Shown one piece after another: positions 48,419-59,344 of a stretch of DNA of 64,000 nt (its first letter is position 1; the number at the start of each line of letters is the position of its first letter). This DNA is from Dudresnaya verticillata (Eukaryota), in assembly GCA_977862235.1 (NCBI GenBank), contig OZ374560.1, forward strand, positions 2,480,001 to 2,544,000, given 5' to 3'. The position numbers and the translations under genes are program-made. The notes below the pieces were generated by a model, which saw only the letters and a list, made by a program, of their open reading frames with translations, ran no database searches and was not told where the DNA came from.

Positions 48419-51400
48419 AGGAAAGCAAAGGCGATGTCGAGTGCGGAGAAAGTGTGTTGCGCCATTGCAGAGAAGAGGAAGAAACTCAGCGACGGGGAGC
48501 GCGGCGCTCTAAGAAGTGGCAGACGATGCGTTCCGCGTTCTGCGCGCTGATTGGGCGTGCAGCGCGCGTCTGGACACGTGCGTCGTTTTGTGTGGGCCGT
48601 TGCGCGTCCCTCGTCAGAGCGCACGCGACCGCCCTTCGGCGCCACGCCTCAAGTGGGAACGGTTTAGACATTGTGACGCACAAAGGAGTTGATCCACAAC
48701 ACCGCTGCTGTTGCAGTTTCGATCAAGAGACTTGGTCTGTCGGACAACTATGCACAATGGCTTCGCTCTCGGTATGGATTGTTCATTGATGACTGGGCGA
48801 GTAGTGAGAATCGGTGCGCATTGGTCATACTCGACCAAGTCATTCACTGCCTATGGAAGGATTTGGGAAGCTGCCCACATACTGGAAACCGAATAAGCGA
48901 CCAGACGTGTTGTACACAAATGAGCTCCATTGTGTTTGATAGCATGTGGAAAGAGCGAGGACACAGCAACTAGCACACCCACAAAGTATGCAATACTACC
49001 AGTCGGCATTATATTGTGATGCTTGATTTTAATGGTTGTTTAGGGTGGTCTTGTGCGGGCGACGATGGCCCATGGGCAAGCACACCGGCAAGCTACAGTT
49101 GTTAAGGTTATTCTTGATGACATCCATTAAAAGTATCCTATGACCGGTAAAGGGGGTGAAGCTATCCTTCGGAAAGGGATTAGTTACGTGGGGACCGACT
49201 GGGTTGTGGGTGGGAAGTAGACAGGGGAAACGCGTGGCTGCAGGCGTCCCGGATAGATGAGATTGTGTCAGAGATGGCGCAGATATCAGCGGCGAGTGGT
49301 TCTGGGAGCGACAGGGCTTGGAGAGATTGGGCGAGGGGCTGGACCTTCTGTGTTGAATTGGATTGCTTTATTATGGTAAGGTTAGCACGATTCTGGGACT
49401 CATTGTAATTCTTGTCCGTGCTATATGCGCATTTAGCTTAAATGAATGACAAATAGGGAAGCGTTGAGTATATAACATGGTCTCCAATGGATCCCGACCT
49501 GCAGGCCTCTCAAAACAATGGGCTTTCCCTATCTTGGCTGCGCTTATCTCAAGACCAGTAGCACAGCTGTAGCACAGTACAGTTACCCATCGCACCCAAA
49601 GGCACGGGCAATCGCAAAGAGCTGATTTCAGAACCTCGATTCACATTGCAGTAGCAAAAGCCTTTGTCCCCAATCTGGCGTAGCTTATAAAACACCACAG
49701 TTACGAAGCCGTTAAGAAGGATTCCAAAGTTGCTTGTTTCATGCATTTGGCCGGAGTATCACAGGTGCCAGAATAAAGCGAGCAAACCATGCTTTGAATC
49801 GTAATTAACAAACAAAGCGCAACGCACAGTCGTCGGAGATTCACAGTTGCAATGCTCCCTCGGAATGTAATCGGGTCTCCGATACTGAAAATCTCGACAT
49901 CCAAGCACGGCGGGCGAGGCGGTGGCCGAAATACGTGATGTTGTTACTGTTTTGTATTTGCGTCATGAGGAGTCTCGCAACATCGCTTACTGATGCAATG
50001 TAAAGTGTTGAGTTACGTAAGTGTCGTGTGCTACGGAAGCATGGGGCGCGCAAGAGACACCGCACGTACAGGGAACAGACGCGTTTGCTTTGCTATAATG
50101 GCTCTTAACGAAGAAATTAATGGAAAATTCTATCGAATGCTCTTTATTGCGAGATGATGCCTTAGACAAAAACCCGATCATCAGACTCACTGCTGTGCCT
50201 CGGTTATCAGCAAGTAAGTGTTCAGGTCTATTCTGACCTACTGGGAGATGCGAGAGACGACCACCTCGCTGATCTTAACTCAGCTTGATCCCTCCATGGC
50301 AAGCCCAACATGCACAGGGACGCTTCTGCGCTCGATTGTATGTGTCAACCCATCTCGGATAACCCTGGAGCACACCTGGACTCCAATCTTTCTCGCAGCA
50401 GCTTCAAGATGCTTAGTCTCTAGTCCGTATGATGTTGCCTCTTGCATTTAATCGCTGCGGGAAGCATACTCTCCTGACCCGTCCAAACTCACTCGTAAAT
50501 GAATGCGTTGCATTGCTGCCAAGAGGCATAGGTTGGATAGCCGGCGTCCGCCCCGTTGTACAACACGGACAGAACGTCTTGCACACGTCAATTACAAACG
50601 CGTCAAAACAGTTACCGATTTTCCAAATTACGCTCTGCCGCCGGTCGCCGAAACGAAAGTGCGCACGCAGGTCTGTGTCTTTCGTTTCTCCGCAGCTGCC
50701 GTATGTGTGTCGAGAGCACCATGGCGCTCTCAAGGCTGCGTCAACACCAACCGCCACCCACCCGCGCCGAACGCCGTCCGTCGTCCGCACCAACATCTGC
50801 CACGCTGCTGCTCGTGGAGCTCAGCGGCGCCGCCTGTCGACAGCGCCCGCTAGCGGCGGACAAGTTGCGCGCGAAAGCCGCGCCTCCGGGACGCTTACTG
50901 TGGGAACCACAAGCATGCGCAAGAAGTGTCTGCCGCAGCGTCGGGCACAACTTGTGCCTGCCTCGCGAGAACGAGATTTGCCGGCGCGTAGTGTATTGCG
51001 CGATGGTGGACGGGGAGATGTGTGTGCATTCAACGCAGTTGGTCCGGTTGGGTACCGTATGAAGTGCTTGCGCGAGCAATTGTTTGGTGATGCCAACAGT
51101 GCAGAACCGTCCCTGGCAATGTCCCACCGTCAAGCGCAGAACGCCAATGGCTGACTGATTCTGCTGTGCTTGTTGTCGCTCAAGGGCTGCTTCCGCACTT
51201 ATGTACTGTACAACAAGTTTGCCCGTTTGTGCTGATTCGGAGCAGTTCCGACCAATCCCGACAACCCTTTCGACCGCATTTCTTGGCTGTCCTTGCGACT
51301 CGGCGGGAGAAGTGTGCAAGCAGATGAAGTCATACAGCTTCCACTGACCCGCTTTGTTGCCCCCCGCAGGCGAGTCTGTGACTGAGAATACATCTGAGCT

Positions 51401-51715
51401 GTGTGACCACCAACGGCGGTGTCGACATCACAACCGATTATCAGAAAAACCGCGGAGAACTCACAGACTCGTACGCACCCGACCCGGGCGCAATACCCTT
51501 GGTGGATACTGGCGTGAACGACGCGAGCCCACAAGCGTTTTCTGCTTCACAAGAACTTTCCAAGTACGAAACAGCAACGGTCTGTTCCCCGTCAACCGCC
51601 GCCCAAACTCCGGCTTTTGAGTCGTTTCCATTATCACCAAGCTCCCCAACTGCCCGATCGAGTACAAGACCAAATTCCGTTGCTTCTTTCTGTTGACTTT
51701 TTTTGCCTTCACACG

Positions 51716-54700
51716 ATGGTGGACTCTGTGGTTTCTCTCCTCGAGACCAGTATCAAGGTTGTTCAGCACATTCGTAATAGTCTTGAAGCTCGCAAACAAA
51801 ACGCAACATCCTTCGTGACGATAGCCGATGGCATTGAACGTATTCGCTTGGGTTATCAAGACTTTCGCAAGAACCACTACCTCTCCGCCATCCATGACGA
51901 TGTCAGCAGGCACATCAGCGCAGAGTTGGAAATGGTTCAGCGCCTTTTGGAGGGACTTTCGCAGCAGATAGACAATCGAAGGCCTTTCCGCTCGTTGCTA
52001 GGCAGCATCGAAGCTCGTGAGGCGATCATACAGGTAAAATCCTTTGTGACAGGGCTAGAAAGACACTTGGATGCTTGTCGGCTCATGGTGAAACACTTTC
52101 AGATCCATGACTCCCGCCTCAGTGAAATATATGAACTGTTGCGCAAGCATGTCATCAAAGACGTTCCGAGCTCTTCCTCTGCGGGAGGGGTTACGGTACA
52201 AGAAGAGGTGACGGTAATCGACGCTACCTCTGCGCGACTTCAAGGAACAAATCCAAGCAGCTCGAGTAGTCCCAGTCAGACCTCGCCCCACTCCCCAGGC
52301 CCGACAATGAGTATACAATCTGAACAGCTTGATAAGGAGGAGGAGGACGAGATCCAGTTCATATCATCGCTGCCCATGGCGATGAAGTTGATAGCGAAAA
52401 GCGATGTCCCGGAAGATGTGAAACGGACGCTACAGCAGAAGATAGACGACTTCCAGACTCGGTGGGAGTTGAAGTTTGACGACTTGGTGTTTGAGAAAGA
52501 CAGAAGGGGGTGGGTCGAGTTGGGTGAAGGTGGTTTCAGCAGGGTGTACAAAGCGAAGCTCCGCCAAGGTGAAACATTCCTGGAAGTGGCAGTCAAAGAG
52601 CTAAAGGTAGAGGAGTCGGAACTGGAGAAGTTCAAGCCAAATTTTTTGCGTGAGATGCACGGCCTGATTCAGTACCGGCATCGTTGTATCTTGGAGGCAC
52701 ATGGGGCCATCTGGGCGAGGATCGGTGGGACTGAAGACGGTATCGTGCACAACCCGATGATTGTTCTAGAACGTATGACATGCAGCCTCCACAAAGCGAT
52801 TCAAAAGCACTGGGCAGCGGTGGAGGACATGGGTGTGAGAAAGGGTATCGCGCTGGATGTGGCTGCCGCGCTCGCTCATCTGCACGAGAAGAGCGTTGTT
52901 CACCGGGACGTGAAGCCTGAAAACGTGTTGTTGCGTGTTAGGGACGGTGAGGTTGTGAGGCCTGCCAAGCTGTGCGACTTTGGCGTATCGCGAGAAGTGC
53001 AGGTGACAAAGCAGATGGAGACGTATACGCTGAGGAGTAGTAGAGGAGCTGCGTCAGGGACGGTTGTTTTCATGCCACCAGAGGTGCTCAAGGACCAAAG
53101 AAAGGCACCGACGCGTCCGTCGTGGGATGTGTGGAGCTTTGGACTACTTTTATGTTTCCTGGGGGGTGGGGAGACGCCCTTTTCGGAACTGGATTTCATT
53201 AACGCCCCGAGTCTAGCAAGAGAGGGTCGGCTTGGAGCAGTCGCACGAGAATGGGCGGACTCCATTGGGGATGAGGCGATGAGGACGGCTGCGTTGCGTT
53301 GTTTACGGTCGAAGTGGAAGGAGCGTTGCACTATGGCTGATGTGGTGGCGATTATTTCGCAGGGTATACCAGGGGTCGGGAATGATGCTCCTAGTGACGC
53401 TGAATCAGCCATGGCAGATGTGGTGGGGACGATCTCGCAGGATGTACCAGAGCTCAGGGTTGATACTCCGAGTGACGCAGAATTTGCCATGGCGGATGTG
53501 GTGGGGATAGTCTCGCGGAATGTACCAGGGGTCGGGGTTGATGCTCCGAAAGATGTGGAATTTGCCAACGTTCTTCTTGACCCACGATGGATGACTATAG
53601 ATACCAGTCCTTTGGACATCCCTGGGTGGAAGGAGAATGTGAATGAGTTGCGGTGGGCGTGCTTGGCAAATGGGTTGGTTGGTGAAGAAGATTTCGATGC
53701 GGGCATGAAGTTGCTGCGGTCAGCAGCGCGAGAGAGCTGGCCGTTCATTTTTCGAAACCCGAGGGAGCTGATGTTCCAGATGCAGTCGCGATTGGTGGAC
53801 TCAAGCGATGAGTCATGGCTCGTACGGCGGTACCTTGAGACGGCTAGCAAGGTGTCCCCCACACCCCGAGTTCGATCATTATCTCGGTGCTGGAACATTC
53901 CTGGTGGTCGACAAGAGATGGAAATCCCATGTGCGGACATTGTAAACAGCTTGGCTGTGACAGGGGATGAAGGAAAAGTTGTGGCAGGCATTGGGAACAA
54001 AGTAGTGCTCATGGACTTGGAAAGCAGTGTTGTCATCCGCGAGTACATCGGCCACGAGAATAGGGTGAATTGCGTGGCGGTGACGCCAGACGGGCGGCAC
54101 GTCGTGTCCGGGTCGTGGGACAAGACGTTGCGGGTGTGGGAGTTGGGGAGCGGCAAGCCCGTGGGGGAGCCGTTGCGCGGTCACACGTATCGGGTGCATT
54201 GCGTGGCGGTGACGCCAGACGGGCGGCACGTCGTGTCCGGGTCATGGGACAAGACGTTGCGGGTGTGGGAGTTGGGGAGCGGCAAGGCCGTGGGGGAGCC
54301 GTTGCGCGGTCACAAGAATTTTGTGTGGTGCGTGGCGGTGACGCCAGACGGGCGGCACGTCGTGTCCGGGTCGGGGGACAAGACGTTACGGGTGTGGGAG
54401 TTGGGGAGCGGCAAGCCCGTGGGGGAGCCGTTGCGCGGTCACACGAATTGGGTGGAGTGCGTGGCGGTGACGCCAGACGGGCGGCACGTCGTGTCCGGGT
54501 CGCGGGACGAGACGTTGCGGGTGTGGGAGTTGGGGAGCGGCAAGCCCGTGGGGGAGCCGTTGCGCGGTCACACGGATGGGGTGCGGTGCGTGGCAGTGAC
54601 GCCAGACGGGCGGCACGTCGTGTCCGGGTCGTGGGACAAGACGTTGCGGGTGTGGGAGTTGGGGAGCGGCAAGCCCGTGGGGGAGCCGTTGCGCGGTCAC

Positions 54701-55705
54701 ACGCGTTGGGTGTGGTGCGTGGCGGTGACGCCAGACGGGCGGCACGTCGTGTCCGGGTCGTGGGACAAGACGTTGCGGGTGTGGGAGTTGGGGAGCGGCA
54801 AGCCCGTGGGGGAGCCGTTGCGCGGCCACGAGAATAGGGTAAATTGCGTGGCGGTGACGCCAGACGGGCGGCACGTCGTGTCCGGGTCGCGGGACGAGAC
54901 GTTGCGGGTGTGGGAGTTGGGGAGCGGCAAGCCCGTGGGGGAGCCGTTGCGCGGTCACAAGAATTTTGTGTGGTGCGTGGCGGTGACGCCAGACGGGCGG
55001 CACGTCGTGTCCGGGTCGGGGGACAAGACGTTACGGGTGTGGGAGTTGGGGAGCGGCAAGCCCGTGGGGGAGCCGTTGCGCGGTCACACGAATTTTGTGT
55101 GGTGCGTGGCGGTGACGCCAGACGGGCGGCACGTCGTGTCCGGGTCGGGGGACAAGACGTTACGGGTGTGGGAGTTGGGGAGCGGCAAGCCCGTGGGGGA
55201 GCCGTTGCGCGGTCACACGAATTGGGTGGAGTGCGTGGCGGTGACGCCAGACGGGCGGCACGTCGTGTCCGGGTCGGAAGATAAGACGTTGCGGGTGTGG
55301 GAGTTGGGGAGCGGCAAGCCCGTGGGCGAACCGAAGGCGTTTTCGTCATGGGTTGTGAGTGTTAGATGTTTTGGGGCGAGTACTGTGAAGGCTCGTGATG
55401 AGGATGGGAATGAGCGTTACTTTGAGGTTAGTGGAAATGGTCTGCGGGAGATTGAGGCGGCTGTTGGAAGAGTTCGTGAGAGTGAAGTGCTGCGCGGGAG
55501 TGGAAGCCATCGGAGCGGGTCTGCAGCGGAGGCTGTCGTACGGGTCTCGGGGCGGTCAGTGCGCCTCGGGCAGGACGGGCCGATTCTCGCGACCCTTCCG
55601 GCAGCTTTGGCCGAGCCTGGGACGTGGGACTACAATGCTGCGGAAGGTCGACTGGTCGTCGGGCTGAAAAGCGGACGTGTGTTGGTGTTGGAGGTGGAGA
55701 CGTAA
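51716..55705 (+). CDS. Paralogue 2: same architecture, 10 WD40 repeats (1329 aa)
   Basis: Intact ORF, highly similar to paralogue 1, with all kinase motifs intact. Confidence 0.92.
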   Translation: MVDSVVSLLETSIKVVQHIRNSLEARKQNATSFVTIADGIERIRLGYQDFRKNHYLSAIHDDVSRHISAELEMVQRLLEGLSQQIDNRRPFRSLLGSIEAREAIIQVKSFVTGLERHLDACRLMVKHFQIHDSRLSEIYELLRKHVIKDVPSSSSAGGVTVQEEVTVIDATSARLQGTNPSSSSSPSQTSPHSPGPTMSIQSEQLDKEEEDEIQFISSLPMAMKLIAKSDVPEDVKRTLQQKIDDFQTRWELKFDDLVFEKDRRGWVELGEGGFSRVYKAKLRQGETFLEVAVKELKVEESELEKFKPNFLREMHGLIQYRHRCILEAHGAIWARIGGTEDGIVHNPMIVLERMTCSLHKAIQKHWAAVEDMGVRKGIALDVAAALAHLHEKSVVHRDVKPENVLLRVRDGEVVRPAKLCDFGVSREVQVTKQMETYTLRSSRGAASGTVVFMPPEVLKDQRKAPTRPSWDVWSFGLLLCFLGGGETPFSELDFINAPSLAREGRLGAVAREWADSIGDEAMRTAALRCLRSKWKERCTMADVVAIISQGIPGVGNDAPSDAESAMADVVGTISQDVPELRVDTPSDAEFAMADVVGIVSRNVPGVGVDAPKDVEFANVLLDPRWMTIDTSPLDIPGWKENVNELRWACLANGLVGEEDFDAGMKLLRSAARESWPFIFRNPRELMFQMQSRLVDSSDESWLVRRYLETASKVSPTPRVRSLSRCWNIPGGRQEMEIPCADIVNSLAVTGDEGKVVAGIGNKVVLMDLESSVVIREYIGHENRVNCVAVTPDGRHVVSGSWDKTLRVWELGSGKPVGEPLRGHTYRVHCVAVTPDGRHVVSGSWDKTLRVWELGSGKAVGEPLRGHKNFVWCVAVTPDGRHVVSGSGDKTLRVWELGSGKPVGEPLRGHTNWVECVAVTPDGRHVVSGSRDETLRVWELGSGKPVGEPLRGHTDGVRCVAVTPDGRHVVSGSWDKTLRVWELGSGKPVGEPLRGHTRWVWCVAVTPDGRHVVSGSWDKTLRVWELGSGKPVGEPLRGHENRVNCVAVTPDGRHVVSGSRDETLRVWELGSGKPVGEPLRGHKNFVWCVAVTPDGRHVVSGSGDKTLRVWELGSGKPVGEPLRGHTNFVWCVAVTPDGRHVVSGSGDKTLRVWELGSGKPVGEPLRGHTNWVECVAVTPDGRHVVSGSEDKTLRVWELGSGKPVGEPKAFSSWVVSVRCFGASTVKARDEDGNERYFEVSGNGLREIEAAVGRVRESEVLRGSGSHRSGSAAEAVVRVSGRSVRLGQDGPILATLPAALAEPGTWDYNAAEGRLVVGLKSGRVLVLEVET
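54050..55333 (+). repeat. WD40 array, 10 x 129 bp
   Basis: Same framework as 46892-48046. Confidence 0.97.
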
Positions 55706-57383
55706 AGGAAAGCAAAGGCGATGTCGAGTGCGGAGAAAGTGTGTTGCGCCATTGCAGAGAAGAGGAAGAAACTCAGCGACGGGGAGCGCGGCGCTCTAAG
55801 AAGTGGCAGACGATGCGTTCCGCGTTCTGCGCGCTGATTGGGCTTGCAGCGCTTGTGTGGACACGTGCGTCGTTTTGTGTGGGTAGTTGCGCGTCCCTCG
55901 TCAGAGCGCACGCGACCGCCCTTCGGCGCCACGCCTCAAGTGGGAACGGTTTAGACATTGTGACGCACAAAGGAGTTGGTCCACAACACCGCTGCTGTTG
56001 CAGGTTGGATCAAAAGACTAGCTCTGTCTGACAACTCTGCGCAATGGCTTCGCAGCCGGTTTACTGTCCTCATGCTTCCACATACTGGAAACCGAGAAGG
56101 GCCCAGACGTGTTGCACACAGATGAGCTCCATTGCGTTTGATAGCATATGGAAAGAGCCAGGCAAGCCACAGCAACTAGCGACGCCATCTCAGACCAAGC
56201 TCAGGACTAGCCTTGTTGATCGCATAAGTGAAATCATGACGCTGAGACGTGCGCCTTATGGATCGTCACCCAACTCGTCGGTTATTCGGGTGCAACACAA
56301 CAAGGGCACACGGACCGAACATCGTCTACCCGTTTGTCCACTTGTCGCTCTTTCCGTGATTCCGCGAGACGTAAAGACGAACGTGGACGGAAAGACGCGC
56401 TTCGCGATCGGCGAGACTGTGAAATGAGGGACTAACTTGGTAAGCCGAGTGAGGAGAGAATTTCTCAGTGACACGGGAGGTGTGCCACCTCTTCTTAAGA
56501 GGTGGATTCGATTGCGCACTCAAGAAAGTTGGAGAACAACTGCTTGACGCCGTTGCAACTTGCAAGTTGCAATGAATACATCGTGTAGTTGACGCACGAC
56601 AACTACGTGGCCTAAACGTGTTATTGAAATTGACGGCATTGCGAACGAGTTGACTCCCGGAAATGAACAAACCGCTCTTGAGAGAAGATCGAAGAGCCTC
56701 TGCCGAGTGCAACCAAAAACAAGCCGCGCAGCCATTTCCATCACTTCAGAGCTGAGGTGTCTATGAATGCTTACTTTTATTTTACCTATACACGTAACTT
56801 GACCTCGTCGTTTAAAATGGAAAGGAAGTCTGAGGGTTTCTAAATGAAAAGGTTTATCAGACTCGACAAAAGAGCTGGTCAATTAAGCCATCGCTTCCAC
56901 TCTCAACTTCGCAGCGGGTCTAAACATGCCACACTTCCGCGGGGCTCTCGGCTCGGCTCATTATCCTCGACCATTTTCCATATGTCATTCACAACAACGG
57001 AGAAATTATGTTGAACAACTCCTTCCCGTATTGAAACAGTACCAGATCCCGTAGCCCATGTCTTCACAGCACACGTCGACCTTTCAGCACGCCTGTCTTT
57101 AGCTATACAACCGTGGCAGCAGTACGTACCAGAACAAAGCTATTCAAATCTACAACTCGAGTATGTATGGAAAATATGGAAGCGTTCTTAAAGTACCAAT
57201 TCATTCGTAAGAGCCTACGCAAGATAATGAAAATGTGCAGCAAGAAGCTGATAAGCGAGAACTTATTGCTCAACTACGGAGTGCCACTTCCCTTCCGAGT
57301 AGATTCTAGACAAGTACAAAAGAAGCTTAAATGATAATCCAGGATCTCGGACGACCCCTCGAAACCTATTTTCCTTTCAGAGC

Positions 57384-57424
57384 CAACAACAACAACAACA
57401 ACATCATCATCATCATCATCATCA
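57384..57424. repeat. Compound microsatellite (CAA)n(CAT)n
   Basis: caacaacaacaacaacaacatcatcatcatcatcatcatca. Confidence 0.9.
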
Positions 57425-59344
57425 GAACCGCCTGGTAACGGGAAGATAGATAAGGATGTTAGAAGTTTGTACCCGCATTGCTGGTTTTCTTTGTGGTTGC
57501 AGCGACCCATTCGTTTTTCTGCTTCTTCATACCATTTTTCCGCTCGGGTAGGACCTTATAAGATAACATGATGAAGAGATTCTTTTGCATCCGATCACGG
57601 CGTTTGGCAACATAGGGTAGGCTGGCAAGCTAGTTGCTCGACACAGTCGATGACGTGCCGCCACTGGCCAGACATATACACATATATATACTGGCCGCCG
57701 GCAACTATACGTATGTACAAGTACGTGGAGAACAACTAAACCATTCCAATCGGCTGCAATTTCAGAACTGAGTGCGGGCGTTGACTCCTTCAGAGTAACG
57801 CGATTGATTCAAACCGTTTGCATTACTGCACAGCAACGAAAAGGCCCAGTCCTTCTGCGAGACTTCTTGTGACTACCCTTCTTTATCACAGAACGAAAGG
57901 GGTAAAATCGTTCTGTCGAGAGGCCCCGCCATTCTCGAGCGTCACGCGGCACCTTGCTCAGCCAACGGCGGAACAACAAGGGAACAAAAACGGACAGAAC
58001 AAACGGCTTGTAAACGTCGTCGAGCTCTCTCATTCCCGTCAGTGCCTTGTTAAGCTCGCAAAGGGTGTGTACTGGAAAAGACCGGACTGGATGGTGCGAC
58101 GCTCGAGCTCTTTCGGAGCTGTGCAGAACTATAGCGCGGCGGAGAGAAGCGGAGGAACGCCGGTGCGACTGTGCAAGTGAGTCGAGAACAACTTAATTGT
58201 CCGCGCAGCCGGTCGGCAGCGGCAATTACAAATGCGTCAGAACAATTACCGATTTACCAAATTACGCTCTGCCGCAGCTCGGCGAAACGAAGCGGCGCAT
58301 CTCTGCATTTCGTTTCCTTCGGAGCTGCTGCGTGTGGCCTGAGCTTGCACCTTGGCGCTCAAGCTGGCGTCAACGCCTTAACCGCCAACGCCGAACGCCG
58401 TTCCTCGTCCGGACCAAAACCTTTGTATCTGCTGCGCTGCTGCTCGTGGATCTCAGCGGCGGCGCCTGTCGACATCGCCCGCTAGCGTCGGACAAGTCGT
58501 TAACATCGTGCGCAAAGCCGGAGGCTTTCTGCGGAACCACGAGCAAGCGCAAGAAGTGGCTGCCACAGCGTAGGGCACAAGTTGTGCCCGCCTCGCGAGA
58601 ACGAGTTTCGCCGGCGTGTAGTATTTTGCGCGATGGTGGACGGGGAGATGTGTGTGCAACGCAGTTGGTACAAGTATCTACCGGTGGGTTCCGTTTGAAG
58701 TGCTTGCGCGTGCAATTTGTTTGGTGATGGCAACAGAGCCGGAACGACCCCTGACAATGCCCCGTCAAGCGTGTTGCGGCAAGCCAATGGTTGACTGCTT
58801 CGTTCTTTCTGCTCTTCTTGTTGCCGCACAAGGGCTGCTTCCGCACTTGCAACAAGTTTGCCCGATTGTCCTGATTCGGAGCAATTCCGACCAATCCCGA
58901 CAACCCTTTCGACCGCAATTCTTGGCAGTCCTTGCGACTTGACGGGAGAGCTGTGCAAGCAGATGAAGTCATACAGCTGCCTTAGTGACCCGCTTTGGTG
59001 CGGGGCGAGTGGGTATCTGAGAATTCTGTGCTGTGTGGCCGCCAACGGCGGTGCCGACATCACAGCCGAATTTCAGAAGAACCGCGGACAACTCAAGACT
59101 CGAAAGCACCCGACCCGGGCACACTGCCCGTGCTAGATACTGGCGTGAACGACGCAAACCCGCAAGCGCTTTCTGGTTGAGCAAAAACGTGCAAGTACGA
59201 AACAGTAGCGGTCTGTTCCCCGTCAACCGCCGTCCAAACTCGGCTTTTGAGCCGTTTCCACTATCGCTAAGCTCATCAACTGCCCAATCGAACATAAGAC
59301 CAAATCCTGTTGCTTCTTTCTGTTGACTTTGCTACCTTCGCACG

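Noticed and set aside
46721..55349. Long antisense and alternate-frame ORFs (500, 517, 438, 255 aa etc.) over the WD40 arrays
   Set aside because: These are shadows of a GC-rich, stop-free 129-bp repeat.
48420..59300. Many 60-240 aa ORFs in the spacers between the paralogues
   Set aside because: Frames are not conserved between the duplicated flanks and no domains are recognisable.
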